Positions 19,530-28,183 of a DNA stretch of 64,000 bases are shown in pieces (the stretch's first letter is position 1; each line of letters opens with the position of its first letter). Made by a program: the position numbers and the translations under genes. The DNA lies in IMG/VR virus record IMGVR_UViG_3300025383_001098. One strand, 5' to 3'. The notes beneath the pieces are model-generated. The model made no database searches. It was not told where the DNA came from and saw only the letters and a list, made by a program, of their open reading frames with translations. Origin of the DNA: a virus.

Positions 19530-21131
19530 ATGGCACTTACTCCAACAACACTAATAGCAATAGCCGGACTTAGCCAAGGAACCGGACTTGCAATCAATTC
19601 AAATATGACTTCGGCTATGAGCCAAGTTGTTAATAGTTCTATAGTTACAACTATTGCTAATCTTCGTGTAGCACCAAACATTGGAAACGTCGTTGGCTTG
19701 ACCGACACTATTAATAGTTTACCATATTTTATTAATAACTCTGCGTCAGTGGTGTCCACGGTTACTACACATGCCCAAGGAATCCTCCCAGAGACATCGG
19801 TGCTGGGTCTTAAAGATTTTATTTTGTTGTTTAATAGTGTTGCCAGCTTTGTTGCTACAAACGCCGAAGTAGCGTCAGCATTGGCTGAATACAAAAATGA
19901 AACATTTGGTAACTTAGGCATTGGTGTAACAAATTACAATCAGGTTATTACCAGCGGAGTTCCAAACAATTTAATTGCTGTTGGTCCATATCTAAAAAAC
20001 TTTGGCATACTTTACGACTTTACAGATCTAACTACCGTAGGTACTCCGCAGAGCCTTGTAATGGGACTACAAGCTGCCGGGTTTGGGGATACCTTGGGAA
20101 TTAATCGTACCATTGTGTCATCTGGATACGATCCAACGATGGTAAAGAATATCCCTTCTTCGGTATTAACCGCAATATTAACAAATGTCAGCGGAAGTAA
20201 TTTAATCAACGCCGTCGCTTTATCACACTCAACACCAGTTAAGACTGTAAACAATGCTGCTGAACTATTATTAATAGAAACATTTATACCACAAGATGTT
20301 GTTGAAACTTTAGGGCTATCGGCTGTTGGGTCAGACGGACTTAAACAGTTGGCCAACAAATTATTAAATTTAGGAGTCCAGGGTGACAACTATAAGTTAG
20401 GCAATTTTTTAGCCAACGTTGAAAATCCTTCGTTGACACATCTTGGTACACTGACTTCGGTAATTCCAGCTACGGTGGCTTCAACAATAGGATCAACAAT
20501 TGGAACCGGAGTAGGCCCGTTTGGCAATCCTCTCATACAAGATCTCATTGGTACTGTAGCAGGACTTGGGCACAATGACAATTTTACCACAGTAGTTAAC
20601 AGTATCAACACGATCCAGGGTAATACGCTGGGTGCTTATTTAATTGCCAATGCCGCAACATTATCATCGGCGATTGCAGCAGCCACAGACCCAGGATCAG
20701 ACCCAGCAACACTTGCTGCCAACATAGCATTTTTTAATTCTGTACAAAACTTTAATTTGGCCATTGCAGGTACATCACCATTTGCAACCGCAACCACCAA
20801 TGCCAACCAATCATTAACAAAATCATTAAGTCAGGTAGCCACAGAAAATTCAAATCTATCAAGAGCCAGTATCAGTCTTTACAGTGGCACAACAACCGAC
20901 GGAGTTGGATCTTCGGACTTTATGTCATTTGGTCGCAGGTTACATGACTTTGGTGTCGACGGATCTCAATTAGGTTACAACATTATATTAGAAAATATTG
21001 TAACAGATGATCAAGCCGGTGACGCCATTCGCGCCTGTTTAGCCGAGGGCAGAAATCTTGCCAACAGCCAAAAAAATGGTAAAACCACTCCACACGTGGC
21101 TAACTATTATCAATCTTTAAAAACAGTTTAG
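19530..21131 (+). CDS. putative virion (baseplate/tail) protein
   Basis: Follows PAAR; late promoter; T/S/N/G-rich; C-terminal AIRACLAEGRN. Confidence 0.55.
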   Translation: MALTPTTLIAIAGLSQGTGLAINSNMTSAMSQVVNSSIVTTIANLRVAPNIGNVVGLTDTINSLPYFINNSASVVSTVTTHAQGILPETSVLGLKDFILLFNSVASFVATNAEVASALAEYKNETFGNLGIGVTNYNQVITSGVPNNLIAVGPYLKNFGILYDFTDLTTVGTPQSLVMGLQAAGFGDTLGINRTIVSSGYDPTMVKNIPSSVLTAILTNVSGSNLINAVALSHSTPVKTVNNAAELLLIETFIPQDVVETLGLSAVGSDGLKQLANKLLNLGVQGDNYKLGNFLANVENPSLTHLGTLTSVIPATVASTIGSTIGTGVGPFGNPLIQDLIGTVAGLGHNDNFTTVVNSINTIQGNTLGAYLIANAATLSSAIAAATDPGSDPATLAANIAFFNSVQNFNLAIAGTSPFATATTNANQSLTKSLSQVATENSNLSRASISLYSGTTTDGVGSSDFMSFGRRLHDFGVDGSQLGYNIILENIVTDDQAGDAIRACLAEGRNLANSQKNGKTTPHVANYYQSLKTV

Positions 21132-21154
21132 AGCAAATATAACCCTATTTAATC

Positions 21155-21183
21155 TTGATTTTTCTGGATAAAATATGTATAAT
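21155..21183 (+). promoter_or_regulatory. sigma70-type promoter
   Basis: TTGATT-17-TATAAT. Confidence 0.55.
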
Positions 21184-21281
21184 AGTATCATATAAACAGT
21201 TATAGCAGTCTATATCTCAAAATCTACATGGTTATATAAACTTAGCACCTTAAAAAAGTGCGACAACCAAAGGAGGACAGT

Positions 21282-21995
21282 ATGAGAACGATATTTTTAT
21301 CTATCGTAGCAATATTAGCCCTGACCGTAATGGCACCCGGTCATGCAGAAGAAGTACAACAAAACTTTATTACAAAAGTTGACGCAGTAGAATCGCAATC
21401 AATGTATGAGCGATTAGCAACAGGAACAAGGGATAAGTTAGATTCCTTAGTTCAAATTATTACAACACCTTGGATCGATTTTTCAGTATCCAGCAAAGAC
21501 GAAGATTGCCTGGCACGGAACATATTCTATGAAGCCGGCAGTGAAAGCGAAGAAGGCAAAGCCGCTGTCGCAATCGTCACAATCAATCGTGTTAAAGACG
21601 GACGTTTTGACAAGTCAATTTGCGGAGTTGTCAACCAACGCACAGTATTTGTTCGTCAACGTGAACTACAGAAAACAGAAATGGTAGCTGCTGGTTTTTT
21701 TGGCCGTCCAGAACCTGTAGTAAAAAAAGAAATAGTTATGCAATCTATCCCTGTTTGTCAATTTAGTTGGGTCTGCGCTTTTATGCGTAAACCCGGTAAA
21801 GAAGATGAACGTTGGCAAGAAAGTCAACGCATAGCACATGAAGTGTTAAACGAAGGCTATGCAGAATACCGCATGAAGTTTGCTGACGCACTATACTTTC
21901 ATGCCGCGGGTATACGTCCCAGCTGGGCACAAAGCAAGAAGTTTGTTGCTCGGGTAGGCGGACATAAATTTTACTCAGACCCATCAAAGATCTAA
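21282..21995 (+). CDS. SleB/Hydrolase_2 cell-wall hydrolase with signal peptide
   Basis: CLARNIFYEAGSE, VAIVTINRV, ICGVV, CQFSW, ALYFHA, GGHKFY; AGGAGG SD before ATG 21282. Confidence 0.9.
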   Translation: MRTIFLSIVAILALTVMAPGHAEEVQQNFITKVDAVESQSMYERLATGTRDKLDSLVQIITTPWIDFSVSSKDEDCLARNIFYEAGSESEEGKAAVAIVTINRVKDGRFDKSICGVVNQRTVFVRQRELQKTEMVAAGFFGRPEPVVKKEIVMQSIPVCQFSWVCAFMRKPGKEDERWQESQRIAHEVLNEGYAEYRMKFADALYFHAAGIRPSWAQSKKFVARVGGHKFYSDPSKI

Positions 21996-22649
21996 ATGTT
22001 TTTTCCAGCCCTTGAGCGTTTACGGAGTATTGCTGTTAGACACAGTGGTAAACGGTATACGCCCGAGGGTTTAACACATTTAATCCGTATGCAGTTTCGT
22101 GATCCTAACTTGGTCTTTAACACCGAGCGAGACAGTCGTGTGGAACCAGGTAACTTTTGGATCAAGGGTGAGTATCGTCCTGCCGACGACGAAAATAACG
22201 ATCCCTGTATCTATATCACTTTAACTTATCCTAAAAAAGAACGAGTTAGTTATATTGATAAAACTGACTGGCATAATATGGGTTTTCATATAGCAGATGT
22301 CTTGACACACGAGTACCTTCACCAGTATTATTGTAGACGTAGAGGATACCGACATGGTCGTGGCTATCGTTCAAAAACTACATTACGATATTCGGAAACA
22401 ATGCAAGATTATCTCGGATGTGAAGATGAAATTTTAGCACATGGTTTTAATGTAGCAAGCGAAATGGTAGTGTACAATCGACCAATGGAACGTACAGCAA
22501 CATATCGAAACTATAAGAAACATTTTAAACGAGATCTTAAAGTATTACTACAATTAAAAAAACAAGCGAATAAGTATATTAAACAACTGGAGCATTCAAA
22601 TGACAAAACCAGCAGCAACTCAAGAACAAGTAGTAGAAGATGTGTATGA
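21996..22649 (+). CDS. putative zincin metallopeptidase
   Basis: THEYLHQ plus a downstream EDEILAH. Confidence 0.55.
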   Translation: MFFPALERLRSIAVRHSGKRYTPEGLTHLIRMQFRDPNLVFNTERDSRVEPGNFWIKGEYRPADDENNDPCIYITLTYPKKERVSYIDKTDWHNMGFHIADVLTHEYLHQYYCRRRGYRHGRGYRSKTTLRYSETMQDYLGCEDEILAHGFNVASEMVVYNRPMERTATYRNYKKHFKRDLKVLLQLKKQANKYIKQLEHSNDKTSSNSRTSSRRCV

Positions 22650-22821
22650 TACAGAAATCAGCGACGAGGACTATGGTTTTGTACTTGGCCCAGACGGCGA
22701 GTTAAAATCAGTATTTTTACCAGATTCAATGCCGTTTAAAACTCCTAAAAAAGTACAGCGTATTTTAAAGATGTTTGGGATTATGGACCCGCATCAATTA
22801 GACGACGGTACGCTACACTAA
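22600..22821 (+). CDS. hypothetical acidic protein
   Basis: GGAG SD; operon-packed. Confidence 0.6.
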   Translation: MTKPAATQEQVVEDVYDTEISDEDYGFVLGPDGELKSVFLPDSMPFKTPKKVQRILKMFGIMDPHQLDDGTLH

Positions 22822-22843
22822 TCTGTTGCGAAAATACAACACC

Positions 22844-22871
22844 AAAAACCCCCAAAATTAGGGGGTTTTTT
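22844..22871 (+). terminator. intrinsic (probably bidirectional) terminator
   Basis: AAAAACCCCC-loop-GGGGGTTTTTT. Confidence 0.8.
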
Positions 22872-22887
22872 ACGCCTAAAATTTCGG

Positions 22888-22916
22888 TTGACCCAAAATT
22901 CGCTCTCCTATATAAT
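22888..22916 (+). promoter_or_regulatory. strong early sigma70-type promoter
   Basis: TTGACC-17-TATAAT ahead of a cluster of small genes. Confidence 0.8.
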
Positions 22917-22946
22917 GTATGTATAGTGATTAATAAGGAGCAAAAA

Positions 22947-23210
22947 ATGGTTGGATTAACAATAGTTGAAGGTGATACAATTCGTGCATACGACTTCAAG
23001 CCAATGTTAGGTCGTGAAGACTGTTTTATCGAAGGTCGTGTAGTTGATGCCCACAATACTGAATTGGGGTATCAAGCCTACAAAATTGTAGTTACCAAAG
23101 ACTCCTGGTCAGACAGTGAAGACAAGGGTCGTGTTGGTATCGAAATGTTTGTGCCTTGGCGTGTCGATTTTAGCGAGTTCCAAGGTCGTGTAATGAATTT
23201 GTCAAGATAA
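22947..23210 (+). CDS. early hypothetical protein
   Basis: TAAGGAG SD before ATG 22947. Confidence 0.7.
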   Translation: MVGLTIVEGDTIRAYDFKPMLGREDCFIEGRVVDAHNTELGYQAYKIVVTKDSWSDSEDKGRVGIEMFVPWRVDFSEFQGRVMNLSR

Positions 23211-23219
23211 GGAGTAATT

Positions 23220-23471
23220 ATGTTGGTAGAAGATAAATTTTGCTTTATTGAGTTTAACGGCGTCAAATACGATAGCCGTCACGGTGGTCCGTTTGATCGT
23301 GGATCTGCTGACTCGTGGTATAGTCGTCCACGTGATCCACACTTCTACTTAGGCGACAGTTATAGTAGTCGAGAAGTTGGTCGTGATTTGATGACTAAAG
23401 ATCAAATCGATGCTTACCTTGCTGGTTACGACTACAACGAACAGCACGGTGGTAAAAAGGACTGGGATTAA
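23220..23471 (+). CDS. early hypothetical protein
   Basis: TAAGGAG SD; HGGPFDRGSADSWY motif. Confidence 0.75.
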   Translation: MLVEDKFCFIEFNGVKYDSRHGGPFDRGSADSWYSRPRDPHFYLGDSYSSREVGRDLMTKDQIDAYLAGYDYNEQHGGKKDWD

Positions 23472-23803
23472 TGAGTAATGTATTTTTGCTCAGTTGGGAC
23501 TGCAATGGTGTTGAAGCAGTTATTGACATGTCTAACTACGAAAAAGAAACCGTGTGGGCAGTTTTACAAGAAGTTGACCCACCGGCAAGACTTGGTAGCA
23601 TAGTTCAACATTTGATTCTTCGTGCTCGTGCCAATCCACAGCGTCATTATGAAATTTATACCATGCAGGTTGAATCGGGTATTACCGAAGAAGATGTTCG
23701 CGAAATGTTTGACAACGATCCACAGGGTTCGGCGGATTTAATACGCGAACGTGGAAATCGAATTTACAGCGATAGAATTACAGAACCAGCAAAGATAGTA
23801 TAA
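23471..23803 (+). CDS. early hypothetical protein
   Basis: Translationally coupled ORF. Confidence 0.7.
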   Translation: MSNVFLLSWDCNGVEAVIDMSNYEKETVWAVLQEVDPPARLGSIVQHLILRARANPQRHYEIYTMQVESGITEEDVREMFDNDPQGSADLIRERGNRIYSDRITEPAKIV

Positions 23804-24081
23804 TGTACACTTATCATCCTAAAAATACCAACGTATCAGATGCCCTGAAAGTAGAAGCATTTATCGGTGGATATTCCGAGTTATACAATGCTGTCAGTGT
23901 CAACCCCAATCTGCGTATGATACCCATTGAGTATGTTGACGGAGTTAGAGCAGGCCTAAAACAATTGGGCTATCAAGTGCGTATTCGTTATCGCGGCCCA
24001 CACGCCCAACAACGTGATACACATAAATCAGATGCCCGTGCTTTTACAGTTTATTTCAAGGAACAAAATGGAAAAAAATAA
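23803..24081 (+). CDS. early hypothetical protein
   Basis: Translationally coupled ORF; RIRYRGP motif. Confidence 0.7.
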   Translation: MYTYHPKNTNVSDALKVEAFIGGYSELYNAVSVNPNLRMIPIEYVDGVRAGLKQLGYQVRIRYRGPHAQQRDTHKSDARAFTVYFKEQNGKK

Positions 24082-24250
24082 CAGAATTAACGTATTGCGT
24101 TATACACTTACTCGGGACCAAATTGGTACTTTTGTCAATGGTCTACACGAAATACAGGCTGATATGATTGAAGCTACTGTAGCCGCAAAAGAAGCTCGCG
24201 GTTTTCCCGAAGCAAACGAAGTTATTCGACATATTATGGGACTAAAATAA
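24068..24250 (+). CDS. early hypothetical protein
   Basis: AAGGA SD before ATG 24068. Confidence 0.55.
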   Translation: MEKNNRINVLRYTLTRDQIGTFVNGLHEIQADMIEATVAAKEARGFPEANEVIRHIMGLK

Positions 24251-24429
24251 TGGCTTTTGAAACTTGGCTAACTGAAGAAGATACAGAACGTCTATGGGCG
24301 GTAGTTGAAGGCAATTTACCTGACTATGCGGCTACTACAGCAGAACTTGAAGAATTTGAACGATTGGTTACTCATGCTGCTATGATTAAAATAGCCGGGG
24401 AAAACTATCAAGCCCAGACTATACACTAA
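24250..24429 (+). CDS. small acidic hypothetical protein (59 aa, not in ORF track)
   Basis: MAFETWLTEEDTERLW...QTIH; TAATG coupling. Confidence 0.55.
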   Translation: MAFETWLTEEDTERLWAVVEGNLPDYAATTAELEEFERLVTHAAMIKIAGENYQAQTIH

Positions 24430-24450
24430 TTAAAATTTACCTACAATATC

Positions 24451-24479
24451 AAGCCCGCCCAGTGCGGGCTTTTCCTTTT
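24451..24479 (+). terminator. intrinsic terminator
   Basis: AAGCCCGC-ccagt-GCGGGCTT followed by T-rich tail. Confidence 0.8.
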
Positions 24480-24497
24480 GTGTATAAATACTACATT

Positions 24498-24728
24498 ATG
24501 TCAGCTAACGGAATCAGTCATCTAAGTACCAAACAAGCACGTCAAGCCGCCAAATTGGCCTTGGCCGCTACTAATAGAGCCGCATCTGCTGCCCGTGCTG
24601 GTAGTACACCAGTGGCAGATGATAGATATACAGCAGACACCACAGAATTGCCCACAACATATACCGGTAATGCTGTGACCAAACAAAATCATGTAGGGGG
24701 TCTTGTAAAAGGCCGCCCTTGGAAGTAA
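24498..24728 (+). CDS. small basic late protein
   Basis: TATAAATA (24483-24490) 7 nt before ATG; ends GLVKGRPW. Confidence 0.65.
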   Translation: MSANGISHLSTKQARQAAKLALAATNRAASAARAGSTPVADDRYTADTTELPTTYTGNAVTKQNHVGGLVKGRPWK

Positions 24729-24748
24729 ATATATAAACAGGACATATT

Positions 24749-25096
24749 ATGAACGCAAGTGAAATTCTACGCAAATTGGCAGATGTAATCGACAGCCAAG
24801 AAACAGGCAGTTCTAAACTTGTTGCTCAACAAGTTCCACATCAAGATCAATCGGCACAATTACATGCTGTTGAAATTGACAACCATGACCATACTGAATC
24901 AAATCTAATGGTTCCACCACTGCAACAAAAACTTGAACTGATGAAAAAGCTGGCTGGCGAAGATGAAAGTTGCAAAGAGTGCGGTTGCGAACCATGCGAG
25001 TGCGAGCCAGACGAACTATCAATCATGCGTCAAAACGCAGGAATTGCTCCAGCCATTATCGCTATAGCTGACGAAGACGAACCTTTTGAAGGGTAA
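24749..25096 (+). CDS. hypothetical acidic protein with Cys cluster
   Basis: MVPPLQQKLELMKK; CKECGCEPCECE. Confidence 0.65.
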   Translation: MNASEILRKLADVIDSQETGSSKLVAQQVPHQDQSAQLHAVEIDNHDHTESNLMVPPLQQKLELMKKLAGEDESCKECGCEPCECEPDELSIMRQNAGIAPAIIAIADEDEPFEG

Positions 25097-25103
25097 GTCT
25101 TAG

Positions 25104-28100
25104 ATGGCAATTCAAAAACTATTCACCAGTTTAAGCAAAGCCGGAAACACCAATGCCTACGTGGGCGAAAAAGGTCGTATCTGGTACGATTCCGTCAAAG
25201 GATTCCGTATCAGCGACGGAGTTACACCAGGCGGACAAGCTGCCGCGGTAGCAGTGACCAATGCCAACATTGGTGACCTTGTGATTACTGGTGCCACAAT
25301 CAGCACATCCAACACCAATGAAGATCTAAATCTTGATACCAACGGCACAGGTAACGTAAACATTCTTGGTGCATTCAACGCATTGACCACTTCAGGTCGT
25401 ACCATTATTGAAACCTTACAAAATGGTACACTAAACTTTTATGTGCCCAACATCAGTTATGACAGCGCCATTGACATTATTGGATCGGCCGATGGAGCGA
25501 TAGTTGCTCCGCAAAATACCGGTGTGTTGTTGCACCTGACCGGACAGGACAGCCTGCCGGCTCGTATCTACAATGACTCGGTCAACAGCTATGCCGCATT
25601 CATTGGTCGTCGTTACAATGGCACAGCTGACGCACCCACACAAGTACTAAGCGGCAATATTATTGCTCGTTACGGTGCCACACCCTACAGCAACACCGGT
25701 TGGCCCTCAATCTCTACTGCCCGCATGGACTTTGTGGCCCTGGAAGATCAAACAGCTACCACGCTGGGTACCAGCATACAATTTTATACCACGCCTGTGG
25801 GTAGTGCCAGTTCGGTGCCCAGTATGACTGTTGCATCCACTGGTATCAGCAATGCCGCCAACGTGGTTCCCATTTCAGATCAGGCCTACAATTTAGGTAC
25901 TGCTACTCTTCGTTGGAAAAATGTCTATGCTGGACAAGGTGGCCTGTGGCTGGCCGATTCGGTAACCAACGCCGAAGTGCAGTTGGGCGTTAACAACGGA
26001 ACCTTATATATCAACGGTGTACAAAACTTGGCCGTGGGCAATTTGGTTATCCTGAACACCACTCTAACATCCATAACACCCAGCACAGACATACAAATTG
26101 GCAACACCGGCGACACTGGCAACTTGGTGATTGGTCGTACTGTACAAATCCGTACACAGAACTTGAACACCGAAGCCGCACTATTAATCAATGGTAGTTT
26201 AAGTAATATAGTTCCAACTGAATACAACAACACCTTGTTCCACACAGTGGCAGTTCCGGGCTACAACGGCATACATCTCAATGACACATTTGGCACCGGC
26301 GTATTTTCTACATACGAAGGCCGTCATGCTCGTGGTACTATACAAAACCCCAGTGCCACACAGTCCGGCGATGTCTTGTTGCGTGTGGCCGGCGCCGGCT
26401 ACGGCACCAACACCTTTGACACCAGTTTTGGCACACAGGGTGGCAGTCGTATTGACTTCCGTGCCACCGAAAACTACACCAACTCAGCCAAGGGTTCGGA
26501 CATACACTTCTGGACCACACAGCCCGGCACAACCAACACAGTGAATTCAGGTAGCATCGACTATCGGGGATTCTTTGGCAACAGTTTTACCTTTACCACT
26601 GACAATTCTGTACAGACCACAGCTGGTATTCCCTTAACACAAAAAGGGTCTGGCCTGGGTGTTGCCACCCTGGACTCAAACGGATACCTGACGGCCGCAC
26701 AGATTCCACCCAGTCTCTTGGGTGGTGTTGTTTATCAAGGCTCCTGGGACGCCAGTACCAACACACCAAGTCTGGCCAATGGTTCAGGTACTACCGGCTA
26801 CGAATACTCAATCGGAGTTACAGGTACACAGAATCTGGGCGGCGGCAATCAAACCTATGTTCAAGGTGGTTTTGTTATCTACAACGGTTCAGTATGGAGC
26901 TATGTTCCACCCACAGGCCTGTTTACCAGCCTGACAGCCAGCACACACCTATCAGTAAACCAACCCACCGGTGCTATCACTATAAGTGTAGATGCTACCA
27001 GCGCCAATACAGCCAGTACCATTGTGAGTCGCGATGCGTCGGGCAATTTCAATGCCAACACCATCACAGCCACATTGGTGGGTGCTGCCACTTCAGCAGG
27101 CACAGCCGCAACAGTGACCAATGCCATACAATCAGCCATCACCAGCGTGGGCACATTGACCAGTTTGGGTGTCACTGGCAATGTCACAGCTGGCAACGTT
27201 TCGGCTGGCACCGGAACCATCTCGGCCGCAACCGGACAGTTTACCAACATCAACAACTCATTGCAAACTATCACGGCCAATGTAGGTGCATTTGAGACTT
27301 ATGCCAATGCTACATTTGCTACAGCATCTACAGTACAAACATTATCAGCCAATGTAGGTGCATTTGAGACGTTCAGCAATGCCAATACCGCAGGCCTATA
27401 CAATAGTATTTTGGGCGCCAATGCGGCAATAGTCACTGCCAACTCAGCAGTAGTAAGTTATGTCAACGCATTGAATTCGGCCATGGCGGCAAATGTGGCT
27501 GGTGCCAATGCCGCAATAGTTACAGCCAATACTGCAATGAAGGGGTATGTGGATGCTGTCTCTACTGCATGGACTGCCAACGCAGGCACACAACAAACAC
27601 AGATCAACGCAATCAACAGCAACGTAACAGCGGCCAATGCGGCCATTGCCACACTACAAACTCAAGTGTATACCAACGCCAACGTTGCGGCCTACTTGCC
27701 CACATATACCGGTAACTTACAGGCCGGCAATGCCACCATAATCAATACCTTGACTGCCAATACTGTGATCACTGGTTCAGGTGGTATCAGAAGCATAGCA
27801 GGTGGAACTCCTACTGTTACCATAAACTTCATCACCGACAAGATCATACATGTTTATCAACCTGCTGGTACAGTTACTATGCAATATGGTACCTTGACGG
27901 CAGGGGCCAGTGTTACCGTCCTGATCAATTTTGCCGCACAGCACAACATAGTAACTGGCGTAAGTGCCAGCAACAACATCAACCTGGCTGGCAAAATCAA
28001 TATTGGTGGTGTTGGTAATGCACCAGCGGCAACTGCACAGACCTTGGTCAAATTGGTTTACACTTCGGTAGACGGTACTGCTGGTAATACCTACTGTGCT

Positions 28101-28115
28101 GTACAGTACACCTAA
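25104..28115 (+). CDS. tail fibre / receptor-binding protein
   Basis: N-terminal YVGEKGRIWYD..FRISDGVTPGG, GVATLDSNG, YQGSWDASTNTP, A/N-rich coiled coil; T/G/N/A-rich. Confidence 0.85.
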   Translation: MAIQKLFTSLSKAGNTNAYVGEKGRIWYDSVKGFRISDGVTPGGQAAAVAVTNANIGDLVITGATISTSNTNEDLNLDTNGTGNVNILGAFNALTTSGRTIIETLQNGTLNFYVPNISYDSAIDIIGSADGAIVAPQNTGVLLHLTGQDSLPARIYNDSVNSYAAFIGRRYNGTADAPTQVLSGNIIARYGATPYSNTGWPSISTARMDFVALEDQTATTLGTSIQFYTTPVGSASSVPSMTVASTGISNAANVVPISDQAYNLGTATLRWKNVYAGQGGLWLADSVTNAEVQLGVNNGTLYINGVQNLAVGNLVILNTTLTSITPSTDIQIGNTGDTGNLVIGRTVQIRTQNLNTEAALLINGSLSNIVPTEYNNTLFHTVAVPGYNGIHLNDTFGTGVFSTYEGRHARGTIQNPSATQSGDVLLRVAGAGYGTNTFDTSFGTQGGSRIDFRATENYTNSAKGSDIHFWTTQPGTTNTVNSGSIDYRGFFGNSFTFTTDNSVQTTAGIPLTQKGSGLGVATLDSNGYLTAAQIPPSLLGGVVYQGSWDASTNTPSLANGSGTTGYEYSIGVTGTQNLGGGNQTYVQGGFVIYNGSVWSYVPPTGLFTSLTASTHLSVNQPTGAITISVDATSANTASTIVSRDASGNFNANTITATLVGAATSAGTAATVTNAIQSAITSVGTLTSLGVTGNVTAGNVSAGTGTISAATGQFTNINNSLQTITANVGAFETYANATFATASTVQTLSANVGAFETFSNANTAGLYNSILGANAAIVTANSAVVSYVNALNSAMAANVAGANAAIVTANTAMKGYVDAVSTAWTANAGTQQTQINAINSNVTAANAAIATLQTQVYTNANVAAYLPTYTGNLQAGNATIINTLTANTVITGSGGIRSIAGGTPTVTINFITDKIIHVYQPAGTVTMQYGTLTAGASVTVLINFAAQHNIVTGVSASNNINLAGKINIGGVGNAPAATAQTLVKLVYTSVDGTAGNTYCAVQYT
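27276..27370 (+). repeat. 23-bp exact direct repeat inside the fibre gene
   Basis: GCCAATGTAGGTGCATTTGAGAC at 27276-27298 and 27348-27370 (72 bp period). Confidence 0.85.
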
Positions 28116-28124
28116 CCAAAATCA

Positions 28125-28153
28125 TTGACATTAACCAAAAATCATAGTATTAT
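28125..28153 (+). promoter_or_regulatory. sigma70-type promoter
   Basis: TTGACA-17-TATTAT; TAAATA at 28171-28176 follows. Confidence 0.55.
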
Positions 28154-28183
28154 TACGCTATAACTCTCAATAAATATTAAACT

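Noticed and set aside
25104-28115. Diversity-generating retroelement acting on the fibre
   Set aside because: No reverse transcriptase in the window, and the repeat pair is exact rather than adenine-variable
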